Source: a virus
Taxonomy: Duplodnaviria > Caudoviricetes
IMG/VR virus record: IMGVR_UViG_3300016667_000581
Span: 1-60,553 of that record
DNA length: 60,553 nucleotides
Reading direction: 5' to 3' (one strand)
The notes under the pieces are model-generated. The model was not told the DNA's origin, made no database searches, and saw nothing but the letters and a program-made list of their open reading frames with translations. Positions 28,984-40,532 of the stretch are shown here, in pieces (positions within the stretch are counted from its first letter, which is position 1; each line of letters opens with the position of its first letter). The position numbers and the translations under genes were made by a program.

Positions 28984-30446
28984 TGGGCATCAAACGATAT
29001 AATGCTACAAAAGACAACACAATAACAAACGCTTTCAAGTCTAACCTATCCACTAGGGCTACCGGCTCTAATATGGGTTTGGCAGATACACTTGAAACTT
29101 TCGTTATTTATGCCCAAGCATCTACCTCCTCTGTGGAGAAGAGCAGAATTCTTATTCAATTTGACACCGCTCAAATGACTACTGATCGCGCTGCTGGTCT
29201 ATTACCTGCTTCTGGAAATGTTTCTTATTATCTAAGAATGTTCAACGCTGCCCACGCTTATTCACTTCCTCGCAACTATTCTTTGGAGATAAGACCAGTT
29301 AGTGGTTCTTGGGATGAAGGCAGAGGTCTTGACCTTGACGAGTATTCGGACACAGATGTTTCCAACTGGATCAGCGCAAGTTCAACCGCCGGTTGGGTTT
29401 CGGAAGGTGGCGATCTTTACGCTACTCCTGCCTACGCCCAAGCATTCGGAACAGACGGAAGCGAAGATCTAGAAGTAAACATTTCGGACATAGTGGAACA
29501 ATGGTTAGCCGGGACCAAACCAAACCACGGTCTAATGGTGAAGATATCAGGTTCAGCCGAAAGTTCTCCAACAACCTCTCTTTACACCAAGAAATTCTTT
29601 GCAAGAAGCAGCGAGTTCTTCTTCAAAAAGCCTGTTATTGAAGCAAGGTTTGATAACACTTTCAGGGACAAGCGCGGCCAGTTTTATTACAGCAGTTCTC
29701 TTTCAACTGCCGCTGAAAACCTAAACACTATCTATTTCTACAACTACCATCGCGGCATTTTACGCAACATTCCAGCTATTGGAACTGGTAAAATTTATGT
29801 TAGCATTTATTCTGGTTCCGCTACCGCTGATGTCCCAACTGGTTCTGCCCTAACCTTGGTAGCAGACGGAACGAATGTGCTTGTAGCCTCGCCAACGGTG
29901 GTTACGGGCGGTTGGGTGTCTACGGGCATCTACTCGGCTAGCTTTGCTATCACCGCTGCCACAACGCCTCTGGACACGTTATACGACGTTTGGTTCTCTG
30001 GCTCAACTCAATTCCATACAGGAAGCATTACTCCAAGCGTTCTCGCTGGTGAGTCATCTGCTAATGCAACTCAATTTACTACTCAAATAACAAACTTGAA
30101 ACCTATTTATCATAGGGGGCAAACAGAAAGATTTAGAGTTTATGCAAGACCTAGAAACTGGAGTCCTACCATTTATACAGTAGCTACGGCAACCCCGCAG
30201 TCATTTATAGTTGATAGTGGCTCTTACAGGATCTACCGCATAATAGACGAATTGGACGTTATTTCATACGGAACTGGAAGCACACAACACACCGCGCTTT
30301 CCTATGATTCACAGGGAAATTATTTTGACCTTGACACGAATCTTTTGGAAGCCGGATATAGTTATGCTATAAAGTTCTCTTACTATAACGGATCAGTCAA
30401 CTCTTATCTGGAACAGCCCGAGACTTTCAAGTTTAGAGTAGAATAA
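28983..30446 (+). CDS. Virion protein with DNRLRE/CBM96-like domain
   Basis: SRILIQFD, WDEGRG, VNISDIVEQWL, NHGLMVK and P.IE motifs. S/T/G-rich. Confidence 0.65.
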   Translation: MGIKRYNATKDNTITNAFKSNLSTRATGSNMGLADTLETFVIYAQASTSSVEKSRILIQFDTAQMTTDRAAGLLPASGNVSYYLRMFNAAHAYSLPRNYSLEIRPVSGSWDEGRGLDLDEYSDTDVSNWISASSTAGWVSEGGDLYATPAYAQAFGTDGSEDLEVNISDIVEQWLAGTKPNHGLMVKISGSAESSPTTSLYTKKFFARSSEFFFKKPVIEARFDNTFRDKRGQFYYSSSLSTAAENLNTIYFYNYHRGILRNIPAIGTGKIYVSIYSGSATADVPTGSALTLVADGTNVLVASPTVVTGGWVSTGIYSASFAITAATTPLDTLYDVWFSGSTQFHTGSITPSVLAGESSANATQFTTQITNLKPIYHRGQTERFRVYARPRNWSPTIYTVATATPQSFIVDSGSYRIYRIIDELDVISYGTGSTQHTALSYDSQGNYFDLDTNLLEAGYSYAIKFSYYNGSVNSYLEQPETFKFRVE

Positions 30447-30448
30447 TA

Positions 30449-33400
30449 ATGAGTATAAAAGACCTATTTTCTCTTCAACAACAAAATACTTTCCCTGTTT
30501 CGGATTCGCCAACAGCGGACATTTATCTTTATGCTGAATCAAGAGATAATATCGCAGCCAAATATCAGGCTGTTGAAAGGTTCGTTCCACTCGTTGACTT
30601 TTCGGACCCAAAGAACTTCGTAAAGTTCGGTTCCGCCGAGAACTACTATTCTTCTTCTATCTCAAACATCGCAAATGAGTTTCCCTACGATGGTTCCAGA
30701 AAGGAACTTAATGAATATCTTTCACGATGCACTTATCTTGTTCTTTACCTATTAGAGAAAAGATATCCAAGATACAACGGACACATCAAACTATCTTCAA
30801 ACAATTACACTTTCTCAGGTGCGAAGGTCGGTGGTTTCGGAAACCCAACCACAAAAGAATACATTTACTTCTTTGGTGGCCCTCACACAGCCTCACAAGG
30901 AATGGCTGGCTCTCCATTGGCCGAAACCTTTGACGACGCCAACAAGTTTGAATTAGATGTTTATGGAACTGCCTCGCAAACTGCTGACGGTAGAACCGGA
31001 ACAAGAACTACAAACCTTCTAATGAACCCTGCCTACGGAATGGCAGTTGAGTTCTGGCTAAAGAAGGATGGTTTCGTTACTTCTTCAACAGAGAAAGAGA
31101 TTATTTTTGACCTTTGGAACTCTGTTGCTTCTTCAAGCGCCAACTATGGTCGTCTAACCATTGGTCTTACAGGTTCGGCAGACGGACTTTCTACTTTCAT
31201 TTTTGAAATTTCTTCTGGCTCTGTAAATATTTCGCAAGCCATTAGCATCACTAACTTCACAACTTCAAGTCTAAAAGACGGAACTTGGAGACATTATGCC
31301 TTCTCCTTCCAGAACACAGGAAGCGACCTTGCTGTAAAGGCTTATATCAACGGTAGCCGCGAGTACTCTAATACATTTAGCAATAAGTCTATGGGTATTG
31401 TAGACGGTGCTATGGTCGCAACCATCGGTGCTTTGCGTACTTCTCCATCCGGCTCTACATTCCACGGTGTAGACATGCTTGGTTATGGCAAGCTATCTGG
31501 TTCTTTGGACGAGTTTAGATACTGGAAGTCAGTCCGAGATGAAAAAGAAATTAGTTTCTATTACAAATACCAAGTTGCCGGTGGAACAAACACCGACATT
31601 TCCAATACAGAACTCGGCGTTTATTACAAATTCAATGAAGGTGTCACAGGAACATCAAGCTTTGATTCGGTCGTCTTGGACTACTCAGGTAGAATTTCAA
31701 ACGGTACTTGGTATGGTTACCCAGGTTCAGCCGCTCGTTCCACCGATTCAGCTATGGTTGTCGCTGGAGTTACTGAGACAGAATACAAAGACCCTGTTAT
31801 TTACACAAGCCACCCAAGCGTTGTCAGCTTGTATGATGAATTGATCGCTTCTGGTAGTGAATATGATATCAATAATAATAGTTCATTCTATCAGTCATTA
31901 CCTTCGTGGATAGCTGAAGAAGATAGACCAGCAGATGGAACAACCGGTGGTGAACTTTTCAACCTAACCCAGATAATGGCTTACCAACTTGACGAATTAT
32001 ATGCTGGTATAGAGAATTTAAATAAACTAAAGAATAAAGAGTATATAAGTTCTTCATACGAAAGATCGTTACCTTTTGCCGAATATCAATTGGCTAACCA
32101 AGGTTTTGTCACACCAAAAATATTTGATAATACAAAACTTTATGAAAAAATCTTAAATGTTGATAACCAAAACCGTTTTGAATTAGAACTTGAAGAAGTA
32201 AAGAACCAAATTTACCAAAACGTCTATAACAACCTTGTCTACATCTACAAGTCAAAGGGTACTGATAAGTCATTTAGAAACTTGATTCGTACTTTTGGCA
32301 TTGATAGCGAGCTTGTAAACATTGCAATTTATCCAAACAATACTAGATTCGCATACGATAACCGCTTTGAATTCTCTTCTGTTGGGAAGAAATTCGTTAA
32401 CTTCCAAAAACCAGAAAATACATTTGGTTCTATCTATCATCAACCTGGCGCTAACTCTTTCGTTTCTGGTAACTTATCTTCATATGACTTGAAGGAGTTT
32501 GGTTTTACAACAGAAGTAGAAGTAGTATTCCCTTCTAAACCACCATTCAACCAAACTGCATATTATACAACAGACTTTGTGACCTCTTCAATAGCAGGTT
32601 TCCATCTTCCAAATACATCAAGTACTTCCAACTTTACTTTCCAAAGCCCTGATACAACTTTGCGTATCTACAGCGTCAGGTTGAAGGCCGAATCGGAAGA
32701 TGTTTATTTCTTGCTAACTGGTTCTATCAATGGAACCACGAATGTCCAACTCACAACAAGCAACTTCTATTCAGTCTATGACAACAAGAAGTGGAACTTC
32801 GCTGTTATCCTAACTCCAGATAAGGCCCTAAACTACAGCGGTATTACTGGTGCTGAAAGTTCTTCTTATACCCTTGGTTTCTATGGCGTCAATAAAGAAC
32901 TTGATATTGTTCTTGATACTTTCTATCTAACTGCTTCTCTGTCACACGCCGATGGTAAACACTTGTCTTCTGCTCCAAAACGTTATTATTTTGGCGCTCG
33001 CAACACAAACTTTACTGGTAGTGTCGTTGATAAGAGCGATATTCGTGTTGGTTCTTTGAGACATTGGTTGTCACCTCTTGAAACAAGTTCGGTCGATTTC
33101 CACGCTCAAAACCCACTAAACTACGGAACCAATAACCCATCAAGAAATAGTTTCTTGAACCAAACAGCCGTAAATGGCGTTTATGTTCCACAAATAGAAA
33201 CACTTGCTCTAAACTGGGATGTTTCTACTGTTACTGGTTCAGACAGCAGCGGTGAGTTTGTCGTTTATGACATCACTTCCGGCTCTTCTGACCCCAACCT
33301 TTTCGGTGTTATTTCCAAAGTCACCGATAGAATTCACACAGCAAAAGGTTATGGCTTCCCTGCTTCAAGCACAGACGTAGTAACCAAGGAATTCATAAGT

Positions 33401-36400
33401 TTCGCTGAAAGTGGTTTGCCTGACGAGATGAATAGTTATGACCTCGTTAAGACACCAGACACAGATGATGAAGTCTTCACAAAAGAAATTCTTCCTGTAA
33501 ACTATTACTTCTCTTTTGAGAAAAGCCCATTCAGATCGATCTCAAAAGACATGATAAACATGTTCTCTTCTTTGAAGGAGTTCAACAACCTTTATCATCA
33601 ACCAGTCCAACGCTACCGTTCGGAACACAAAGAACTAAGACAACTAAGAGAACTTTATTTCAAAGACATCGGTAACACAGTTGATGTTGATAAGTTCTTT
33701 GACTACTACCGTTGGATCGATGGTTCACTCTCGGAGATGTTGAGACAACTTATTCCTGTCACAGCAGACACATCAGAGAAGATAAGCAACGTTATTGAAA
33801 GCCACGTTCTGGAAAGAAACCATTACCGCTACAACTATCCTCTTCTAAACTACAAAGATAGAAACTTTGAGGGCAATGTTCACGGCATTTCAGAACTTCT
33901 CTATCCTTGGAGCCGTGGTTATCATCCAATTTCTAACGTAGAAGCCGACAACTGCTATTGGTGGAACCGTAGAACAGAAAGAAACAACTCTGTTATTGAC
34001 TCTGGTAATGCTACCGTTGACACACAACGCGACACTATCCGCCGCGTCATTACAACCCACACTTCGGGTTCAGGCCCACTTCTCGCCAAGACAGATGGAA
34101 CTGCTTACTATGGAAGCGACTATCCTGTTCGCACATTCACTAAACTCTACAACTTTGACCTTTCACTTGACTCAAAGTTTGGCAGAATAATAGAGAAGGT
34201 TATTCATTTAGGTCTAAACGCTCCAAAGGGTTTTGTCACCAAAGTTTGGAAGTCTATCGTCGCAGAGTTGGCCGGTAAAACTCTTGTTCTTGATAGTTTT
34301 GAAGAACAAGAAGACTGTAATGACATTAGCACGATCAAGCTTCTTGACACCGTAAAAATTCCAACAGAAACAAACAAAGTAAGAATGAGGTTCCGTGCCA
34401 CCTTTGGTTCAACCCAGATCGGTGCTTTCTCTGTTGTTCCCTTCACATTTATTAGTGCTTCTGCCGGTGTTCCATCAACAGGTTATCAAGCAGGTTTCGT
34501 TTCTTCTTTTGGAAGCAATAAGCGTTTTGATGTTATCGGACATCACATTGACACTTACGATCTTGACTTTGAGATCGCAATGCAGGGTCCATTCACAGAG
34601 AAATTTGTTGGTGGTCACGCACATCGCCACGTTGACGTAAACAAATACTCAACCTCCAAGACAGGAACCAATAATATTGATAGTGCCGTAGACCGTCCAG
34701 AAGCCTACGAATTCAACGTTTCTACCGACACGATCACTATTACCAACAGAGACATTACAAAGCCAAGAACTAATGTCGCCAGAGATGGAATGGCAAAGCG
34801 TCCTCTAAACATTGCCAACATCGCTCATTCCACCGCGTCTGACGGCACAAACATCGGCAACTACAACTCTGCTCTTGATGTTGTCGCTACAACCGGTAGA
34901 ACAGAAAACGATCTATTCTTCAACGACACACCATTCAGCGGAACCGCAGTTGCCTCTACTGTCGTCAGCGGAACTTCTGAATACACCAAACTCGCAAGAA
35001 CCAGAGTTGGAAACGTCATCGTTCAACGCTTCTCTGCTCCCGGCGATCCCGCAACTATGGGCGACAACCTCGGCGGTCCAGGTTTGGACGCAGCACACGC
35101 AGAATTCAGCCCCTACAACGCTTTACCATTTAGAAACCTAACTGTAAGGCTACCTCTACAAACCTTACTCTCAACACGTTCAGAAATAAATGGTTTGACA
35201 AGTGGTTCATTCCCTGTCGCCGCAGACTACAGCGGCACCGCTTCATTCCACGGTGTTTACCGCAATAAACTACAAAAGTTGTCCCAAACAGACGCAGCCA
35301 TTACAACTTCCTCTATTTCCGACAACTTCTACGTTCAGCACCAAATTCCAAGAAATGACCTCCATTATTCTTGGATAACAGGCACAGCCATTACTTACAA
35401 TAACTTCAATGTAAGAACATCTGGCGATGTTCCTTCCGGCTTTATCGCAGCAGACGGTAAGTATTCTTCTTCTGCTGGTGTAAGTGCCGCCATTACATTC
35501 AACACCGCTTCGCAAATAGTCAGTTACGCTACTGCTTCAACTGGAGTTAGAGGTTTTGGATTTGTTGAAGGAGTTTCTGGAAGTTTCGTTGTCGCTGCTG
35601 GTTCACAACTCAACACAGGTCTAAACGGCATCAACACAAACGTCATTGATCCATTTGACCTCACTACAATGAACCTTGGTCTTGACTTGACCGCAAGCGT
35701 CAGCGAATATCGGAATTCAACGCTAGTAAGTGCAAACATAGTCGCAAGCAACCCTTACTATCTAAACAGCATTCTAACAAATCGCGGTGGCTCATTTGCT
35801 GCTTCTTCTTGGGCGCAAGTTCGTCAAAATGATAAGAAGTCTGTTAGAACTTATAAACGATCAAACACTATTTCCCACACTCCAAGAATTGGAGAACCAA
35901 GGTTAGTTACTGATCCAATTAACACAAACCTTATTATCAACAATACAGCAACAAGAACTTATTCTTTCGTTGAGCCAGCAGTAGAAATGGATAACAGACC
36001 ACTTTCTATGTTATTCCAGGCTCCCGGTTCAAACTCTAACATTCTTGTAAACCTTTCGTTGAATAATGAAGTTTCTTACTTCGCCAGCCAAGAACTAAAT
36101 AATGTTCTTGACCTGCCAAATTTGAGTAAGTCAAAAGTTCAACAAATAAAGAATTTCATCACAAACAACACAAGAATTGAACTAAAGCAAATTCAATTTA
36201 GTGATTGCGTTTATCCACCCGCTGCTTATCAAAGCCTTGAAAAGATAAGAGAAAGAGTAAACTTTGACAATAACTTCTGGCGTTCTTCCAGAACAGACAG
36301 AAATTTGAAAGGCGCATTGGCTAAAGGTGCTATGGTTTATGGCGGAACTCTAACTGCTATTACACAAAGTTCCTGGGCACTTGATGCCGAAACAAACTTT

Positions 36401-39304
36401 GAAACCAGAACCACAGAGGCTTATGGAGTTTCTAACTCTACCTCCTCGGATTTCAGAGAAGGCATTCTACAAAACAGTTATTCTCACGTTCATAATGGAA
36501 CAAAGTCCAGTTTGAGACTTGCTCCTCTTTATTCAAGAAAGCATTTATTAGGTTCTCGTTATTCTTTCACACCTCCAAGCAGCGTTGAAAACAACACTCT
36601 TTCTGCTCTCGGCGCTATTGGAACTCATCCAGCACAATTCCCACTAGGCAACGCAAAGATTTTTGCTGGTAATGCTAAGTGGCAAGCAGGAGAAAAGGCT
36701 GGCTATTTCAATTCAAACGGCCAACTTATAAGCACACCAGCAGAACCATTCTACGACAACTACAGTCTATTTGCTGAAGATGTAAGACCACATAACCAAG
36801 CGTTTACAGTTATTCCAGAATTTAGAATTTCTAACTTTATGGAGTACTACACAAAGAGCAAACAAGGAAATTTCTTATCAGAAAACACAGCCTCGTTTGA
36901 CATTTTTGGTGTTTGTGCCCTAACTTCAAGCACAACCATTCCATCCAGCAGCGTAGATACAGACTTCTACAAGGTTTATGCTACCTCTGACTTGTTTGAG
37001 AACCTTGAAGAAACCCTCAACGAACTTCAAGGGACTATTGAACCAACTGACATCAAACTAAAATTCAAAGGCATAAAGAAATTTATTCCTTACAACGGTT
37101 TCTATCCTGCCGAAAGAACTGTTGATTTGGCTACACAATTCTCCAAGTCTTACGGTCAAACAATTTATGTTGCTGGAACCGACACAGGTTCTCTCACCGC
37201 AGGACAAGATACTGCCAAACTAAGACCGTTGTTCTCTACCTTGTTTGCTCCTGGCGTTTTGTTCAACACTATTAAGTCAGGCATCGCTGTTGATTATCCG
37301 ATCTTTACAGGCTCAAAAGAGTTTGTAAGAATTCAAAATGCTGACATAACCGGAGCAACACCTAACGAGACTGTCAATACAACAGGTTCTTTGACTTCTT
37401 ATTGGATGCTTGGAACAGGCTCCAAGGGAACTGCCGGTTTTGATTTCCGTGTTCCATTTGAAGCCATTTACTCCCCAAGAACCTATATCAAAGATATTAG
37501 TTTTACAGATATGGAACCTCACCCAAGTTCTGCACTCAACCTAACCGCAAGTTGGGACGGCAATGGCGATGACCTTTATGAACTTATGGCTAATAACTTC
37601 TTGGCCGAAGTGGTTGAATTCTACCTAGAAAAAGGTGAAATGTCGAGTCTTGTTTCAGAGCCAGAATCATCGTTTGGTGGCTTCGTTCCTGGAACTTACT
37701 ACAACATGCGCGTTAAGATGCGTAGAAGCACAAATGTTCCAAGACAATTCCAAGATAATTTTATAACGCCACAAAATTACTTCTTACAAGCCATTGGGAC
37801 CATTACACCGCAACTAAAAGAAAACATCACAATGTATTCTCGTCCTTCTGCCTTCGGCCCTCCAATGGCAGGTAGAAGATATGTAGATACAGGTTCTTTA
37901 CTTCGTGCTGCCAAACCAGATAGTTTGTTTGCTTACGATTGGGCTTACACTCCACCTTATTACTACGGTGAGGCTTGGACCGACATTATTTTCAGCGCAT
38001 CAAGTACTACTCACACACTTGATGACATTTTTGGTAAAAGCCAAGTTGTTTGTTGGCGAATTGATTCCGGTTCTGGCTGGTCCGCTGGCGCTCTTTATCA
38101 GGACACTCCTTATGGAACTTACGCCAATAACTTTGCTATGCAAATAACTTCTTCAATGAATTTGTTTGGTAAAGTTCCTGTTCGTTCTGTTGAATACGAT
38201 GCCAACGGAAATCCAATAATTATTAGAGATGACAAGCAAAGTAAAGACTTTGTTTGGGTAATTCAACCAAAGTTTGAAACACCAGTTCTAAACTTTACCG
38301 GTGCTATTGATTCAAGCGAATTAACTTTACCATTAATTGGCTCCGAGTCGGTTCCAAGAGGAATGTGGCATCAATACGGAACTGTACCAGATTCACCAGA
38401 AAAAGGTATCTTTGTTGAAGTCGCACCCATTGAAGATTCTTGGATTAATAAAAGACTAAAAGCATCACTAGACGCTTCTTATCAGAGCATTTACGGTGCC
38501 ACAAGCAGCATGGGTTCTCTTCTCGACGTTGTTCCTTTCCGTAAGAAAAAGACAAGAGTTGGTAAAATTGCTACTGCTAAAACAGTCTTTGAAGCCGTTG
38601 TTGCTATTCCGTTTGTTGAAAGCCAAGGAACTCGCAAGTTCTTTGAACTTAATCGTAGTTTAGCCACAACAGCAAGAAGAATATCTGAAAACCCAAGTTA
38701 TATTCTTGGAAGCAAAGAACCTATGCCGGATCAATCGCTTATCGATCTATACTCGTCAATGAAGAAATATGTGTTCCCACCAACATTTGATTTCTTCAAC
38801 TACGAAGAAAATGATGTGAGTTATTCACCAATTTCTATGTATGTCTTTGAATTCTCACACACATTTAGCCAAGAAGACTTGGTTAGAATTTGGCAGAATT
38901 TACCACCTCAATTGGGAACAAATGTAGAGTTTGCCGAACAAACTTTGACACACGCCCTGAACGGATTTGGAATTATTGACAGCATAAGAACCCAAGGCAT
39001 GGACAAGAATTCGGATCTAAAGTGGCTCGTCTTCAAAGTCAAACAAAGAGCAAAGACAAACTTTGAGGATAAGCAACTTGCCAAGAGAGTTCAAGCAGAT
39101 CCAAGGTTCTCGCAAGTAAATATCAAAGTTGGTAATAGACCAAATCCAGTTGAAGAAAAATATTCTTACAACTGGCCTTATGACAACTTCTCTATCGTTG
39201 AATTCGGTAAGTTGGACTTTGAAATTATCGGCAAGCCAGTTCCTGCCGTTCCACCAACCATTGATCGCGTACAATCAATACCCGCAAACACAGTTATAAG
39301 ATAG
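30449..39304 (+). CDS. 2951-aa baseplate/tail protein (gp7-like wedge motif plus LamG/ConA domains)
   Basis: LamG signatures (VEFWLKK, WRHYAFS, GSLDEFRYW, YYKFNEG), wedge-like YKSKGT..SFRNLIRTFG near 32245, and a second LamG-like module. Confidence 0.75.
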   Translation: MSIKDLFSLQQQNTFPVSDSPTADIYLYAESRDNIAAKYQAVERFVPLVDFSDPKNFVKFGSAENYYSSSISNIANEFPYDGSRKELNEYLSRCTYLVLYLLEKRYPRYNGHIKLSSNNYTFSGAKVGGFGNPTTKEYIYFFGGPHTASQGMAGSPLAETFDDANKFELDVYGTASQTADGRTGTRTTNLLMNPAYGMAVEFWLKKDGFVTSSTEKEIIFDLWNSVASSSANYGRLTIGLTGSADGLSTFIFEISSGSVNISQAISITNFTTSSLKDGTWRHYAFSFQNTGSDLAVKAYINGSREYSNTFSNKSMGIVDGAMVATIGALRTSPSGSTFHGVDMLGYGKLSGSLDEFRYWKSVRDEKEISFYYKYQVAGGTNTDISNTELGVYYKFNEGVTGTSSFDSVVLDYSGRISNGTWYGYPGSAARSTDSAMVVAGVTETEYKDPVIYTSHPSVVSLYDELIASGSEYDINNNSSFYQSLPSWIAEEDRPADGTTGGELFNLTQIMAYQLDELYAGIENLNKLKNKEYISSSYERSLPFAEYQLANQGFVTPKIFDNTKLYEKILNVDNQNRFELELEEVKNQIYQNVYNNLVYIYKSKGTDKSFRNLIRTFGIDSELVNIAIYPNNTRFAYDNRFEFSSVGKKFVNFQKPENTFGSIYHQPGANSFVSGNLSSYDLKEFGFTTEVEVVFPSKPPFNQTAYYTTDFVTSSIAGFHLPNTSSTSNFTFQSPDTTLRIYSVRLKAESEDVYFLLTGSINGTTNVQLTTSNFYSVYDNKKWNFAVILTPDKALNYSGITGAESSSYTLGFYGVNKELDIVLDTFYLTASLSHADGKHLSSAPKRYYFGARNTNFTGSVVDKSDIRVGSLRHWLSPLETSSVDFHAQNPLNYGTNNPSRNSFLNQTAVNGVYVPQIETLALNWDVSTVTGSDSSGEFVVYDITSGSSDPNLFGVISKVTDRIHTAKGYGFPASSTDVVTKEFISFAESGLPDEMNSYDLVKTPDTDDEVFTKEILPVNYYFSFEKSPFRSISKDMINMFSSLKEFNNLYHQPVQRYRSEHKELRQLRELYFKDIGNTVDVDKFFDYYRWIDGSLSEMLRQLIPVTADTSEKISNVIESHVLERNHYRYNYPLLNYKDRNFEGNVHGISELLYPWSRGYHPISNVEADNCYWWNRRTERNNSVIDSGNATVDTQRDTIRRVITTHTSGSGPLLAKTDGTAYYGSDYPVRTFTKLYNFDLSLDSKFGRIIEKVIHLGLNAPKGFVTKVWKSIVAELAGKTLVLDSFEEQEDCNDISTIKLLDTVKIPTETNKVRMRFRATFGSTQIGAFSVVPFTFISASAGVPSTGYQAGFVSSFGSNKRFDVIGHHIDTYDLDFEIAMQGPFTEKFVGGHAHRHVDVNKYSTSKTGTNNIDSAVDRPEAYEFNVSTDTITITNRDITKPRTNVARDGMAKRPLNIANIAHSTASDGTNIGNYNSALDVVATTGRTENDLFFNDTPFSGTAVASTVVSGTSEYTKLARTRVGNVIVQRFSAPGDPATMGDNLGGPGLDAAHAEFSPYNALPFRNLTVRLPLQTLLSTRSEINGLTSGSFPVAADYSGTASFHGVYRNKLQKLSQTDAAITTSSISDNFYVQHQIPRNDLHYSWITGTAITYNNFNVRTSGDVPSGFIAADGKYSSSAGVSAAITFNTASQIVSYATASTGVRGFGFVEGVSGSFVVAAGSQLNTGLNGINTNVIDPFDLTTMNLGLDLTASVSEYRNSTLVSANIVASNPYYLNSILTNRGGSFAASSWAQVRQNDKKSVRTYKRSNTISHTPRIGEPRLVTDPINTNLIINNTATRTYSFVEPAVEMDNRPLSMLFQAPGSNSNILVNLSLNNEVSYFASQELNNVLDLPNLSKSKVQQIKNFITNNTRIELKQIQFSDCVYPPAAYQSLEKIRERVNFDNNFWRSSRTDRNLKGALAKGAMVYGGTLTAITQSSWALDAETNFETRTTEAYGVSNSTSSDFREGILQNSYSHVHNGTKSSLRLAPLYSRKHLLGSRYSFTPPSSVENNTLSALGAIGTHPAQFPLGNAKIFAGNAKWQAGEKAGYFNSNGQLISTPAEPFYDNYSLFAEDVRPHNQAFTVIPEFRISNFMEYYTKSKQGNFLSENTASFDIFGVCALTSSTTIPSSSVDTDFYKVYATSDLFENLEETLNELQGTIEPTDIKLKFKGIKKFIPYNGFYPAERTVDLATQFSKSYGQTIYVAGTDTGSLTAGQDTAKLRPLFSTLFAPGVLFNTIKSGIAVDYPIFTGSKEFVRIQNADITGATPNETVNTTGSLTSYWMLGTGSKGTAGFDFRVPFEAIYSPRTYIKDISFTDMEPHPSSALNLTASWDGNGDDLYELMANNFLAEVVEFYLEKGEMSSLVSEPESSFGGFVPGTYYNMRVKMRRSTNVPRQFQDNFITPQNYFLQAIGTITPQLKENITMYSRPSAFGPPMAGRRYVDTGSLLRAAKPDSLFAYDWAYTPPYYYGEAWTDIIFSASSTTHTLDDIFGKSQVVCWRIDSGSGWSAGALYQDTPYGTYANNFAMQITSSMNLFGKVPVRSVEYDANGNPIIIRDDKQSKDFVWVIQPKFETPVLNFTGAIDSSELTLPLIGSESVPRGMWHQYGTVPDSPEKGIFVEVAPIEDSWINKRLKASLDASYQSIYGATSSMGSLLDVVPFRKKKTRVGKIATAKTVFEAVVAIPFVESQGTRKFFELNRSLATTARRISENPSYILGSKEPMPDQSLIDLYSSMKKYVFPPTFDFFNYEENDVSYSPISMYVFEFSHTFSQEDLVRIWQNLPPQLGTNVEFAEQTLTHALNGFGIIDSIRTQGMDKNSDLKWLVFKVKQRAKTNFEDKQLAKRVQADPRFSQVNIKVGNRPNPVEEKYSYNWPYDNFSIVEFGKLDFEIIGKPVPAVPPTIDRVQSIPANTVIR

Positions 39305-39328
39305 GAGGGTGATAAATGCTTCATTCTT

Positions 39329-39336
39329 CTATTTAC
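39329..39336 (+). promoter_or_regulatory. Putative late promoter CTATTTAC
   Basis: Intergenic, 22 nt before ATG 39351. Confidence 0.7.
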
Positions 39337-39350
39337 TATGGGTGTAAATA

Positions 39351-40532
39351 ATGGCCGGTTTTTTTGACGACAAAGAAGAAGTAATGACCATAGAACTTAC
39401 CGAATGGGGTAAGTATCTATATTCTATTGGCAAATTCAAACCAAAGTTCTATGCTTTCTCTGATGACGAAGTTTTATACGACGGCTCCTACGCCGGTCTT
39501 ACTACCGAAGAGCAAAAAGACATTGAAGATAGAGTAATGAATAACACTCCCTATCTCAAACCACACGTTAGACTTACCGAGGCAAAAGGCTATTATCAAG
39601 AATACGATTCTGCGACCGACCCAAACTCACAAGTTTACCAAGACCCCCTTGATTCAATGACGCAAGTTGACACTAAAATTGAAAGCAAGGTCGATTTATT
39701 ATTATCAAAAAATAGTAGATATTCACAAGCGACAAAAGAACTTCGCCATTTAGTGTTGAGTAAACTAGGTACCGTTCGTTCAACTTCACAAGACTATCCA
39801 GCATTTGATCTCACAATGATGAGAAGTAAAATATCTTCTTCAACTAATAGTATGTCTTCAAGTTATGGATTTTTGAAAATTCCACAAATAGAAGTTAGTC
39901 TAAAGAATATCATAACCATAGTTCCAAGTGGTTCTGTTTTTGTTAGTCGTCTTGATGAAAACAACAATAACAGAGCAGTACTCGGTGTGAATGCTCCTAA
40001 AGAAAGCGTAGTATTTGAAGATGGAAGTAAGCTGTATTTTGAAAACAATTTCCTAGCCTTAGACCTTTTCCAAAATGGAGTTGAGTATAAAACAAAGAAT
40101 TTCAATATTGAAGTATTCCAATACTCTACTGGTTCAAACAGCTACGACTTGAAAAAACTAAAAATGGAAATTGTAAGCGATAACGTTGATGCTGATGGGT
40201 TTTTGATTGAAAATTCACCAACAGAAACCGTACCATTTCTGTTGACACAAGCGGATTCAAATAATATCACCACAGGGGAAAACGGCGACTTGTTATCAAC
40301 GTATTTTGAAGTCCAAATCGATAGACAAATACCAGATGAAGTTGTTTGCGCTCTTTTGAAAGAAATCACCAACCGTGGTGATAATCTCCGACTTGATTAT
40401 GATATTGAATGCTCAAATAGCGACCTAAGATATGTTGATACCGAATTGAATAGAAATATCGTAGCCCCAGGTGTAGAAATAGCACAAGAGAAGTGCGATG
40501 AAGAACAAGGAGGTTCAGGATGCCGCAGTTAG
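39351..40532 (+). CDS. Tail/baseplate protein (N-terminus paralogous to 48122)
   Basis: IELTEWGKYLYSIGKF...YAFSDDEVLY aligns with AVLTDVGRMRLARG..F...FALGDDEIDY. Confidence 0.65.
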   Translation: MAGFFDDKEEVMTIELTEWGKYLYSIGKFKPKFYAFSDDEVLYDGSYAGLTTEEQKDIEDRVMNNTPYLKPHVRLTEAKGYYQEYDSATDPNSQVYQDPLDSMTQVDTKIESKVDLLLSKNSRYSQATKELRHLVLSKLGTVRSTSQDYPAFDLTMMRSKISSSTNSMSSSYGFLKIPQIEVSLKNIITIVPSGSVFVSRLDENNNNRAVLGVNAPKESVVFEDGSKLYFENNFLALDLFQNGVEYKTKNFNIEVFQYSTGSNSYDLKKLKMEIVSDNVDADGFLIENSPTETVPFLLTQADSNNITTGENGDLLSTYFEVQIDRQIPDEVVCALLKEITNRGDNLRLDYDIECSNSDLRYVDTELNRNIVAPGVEIAQEKCDEEQGGSGCRS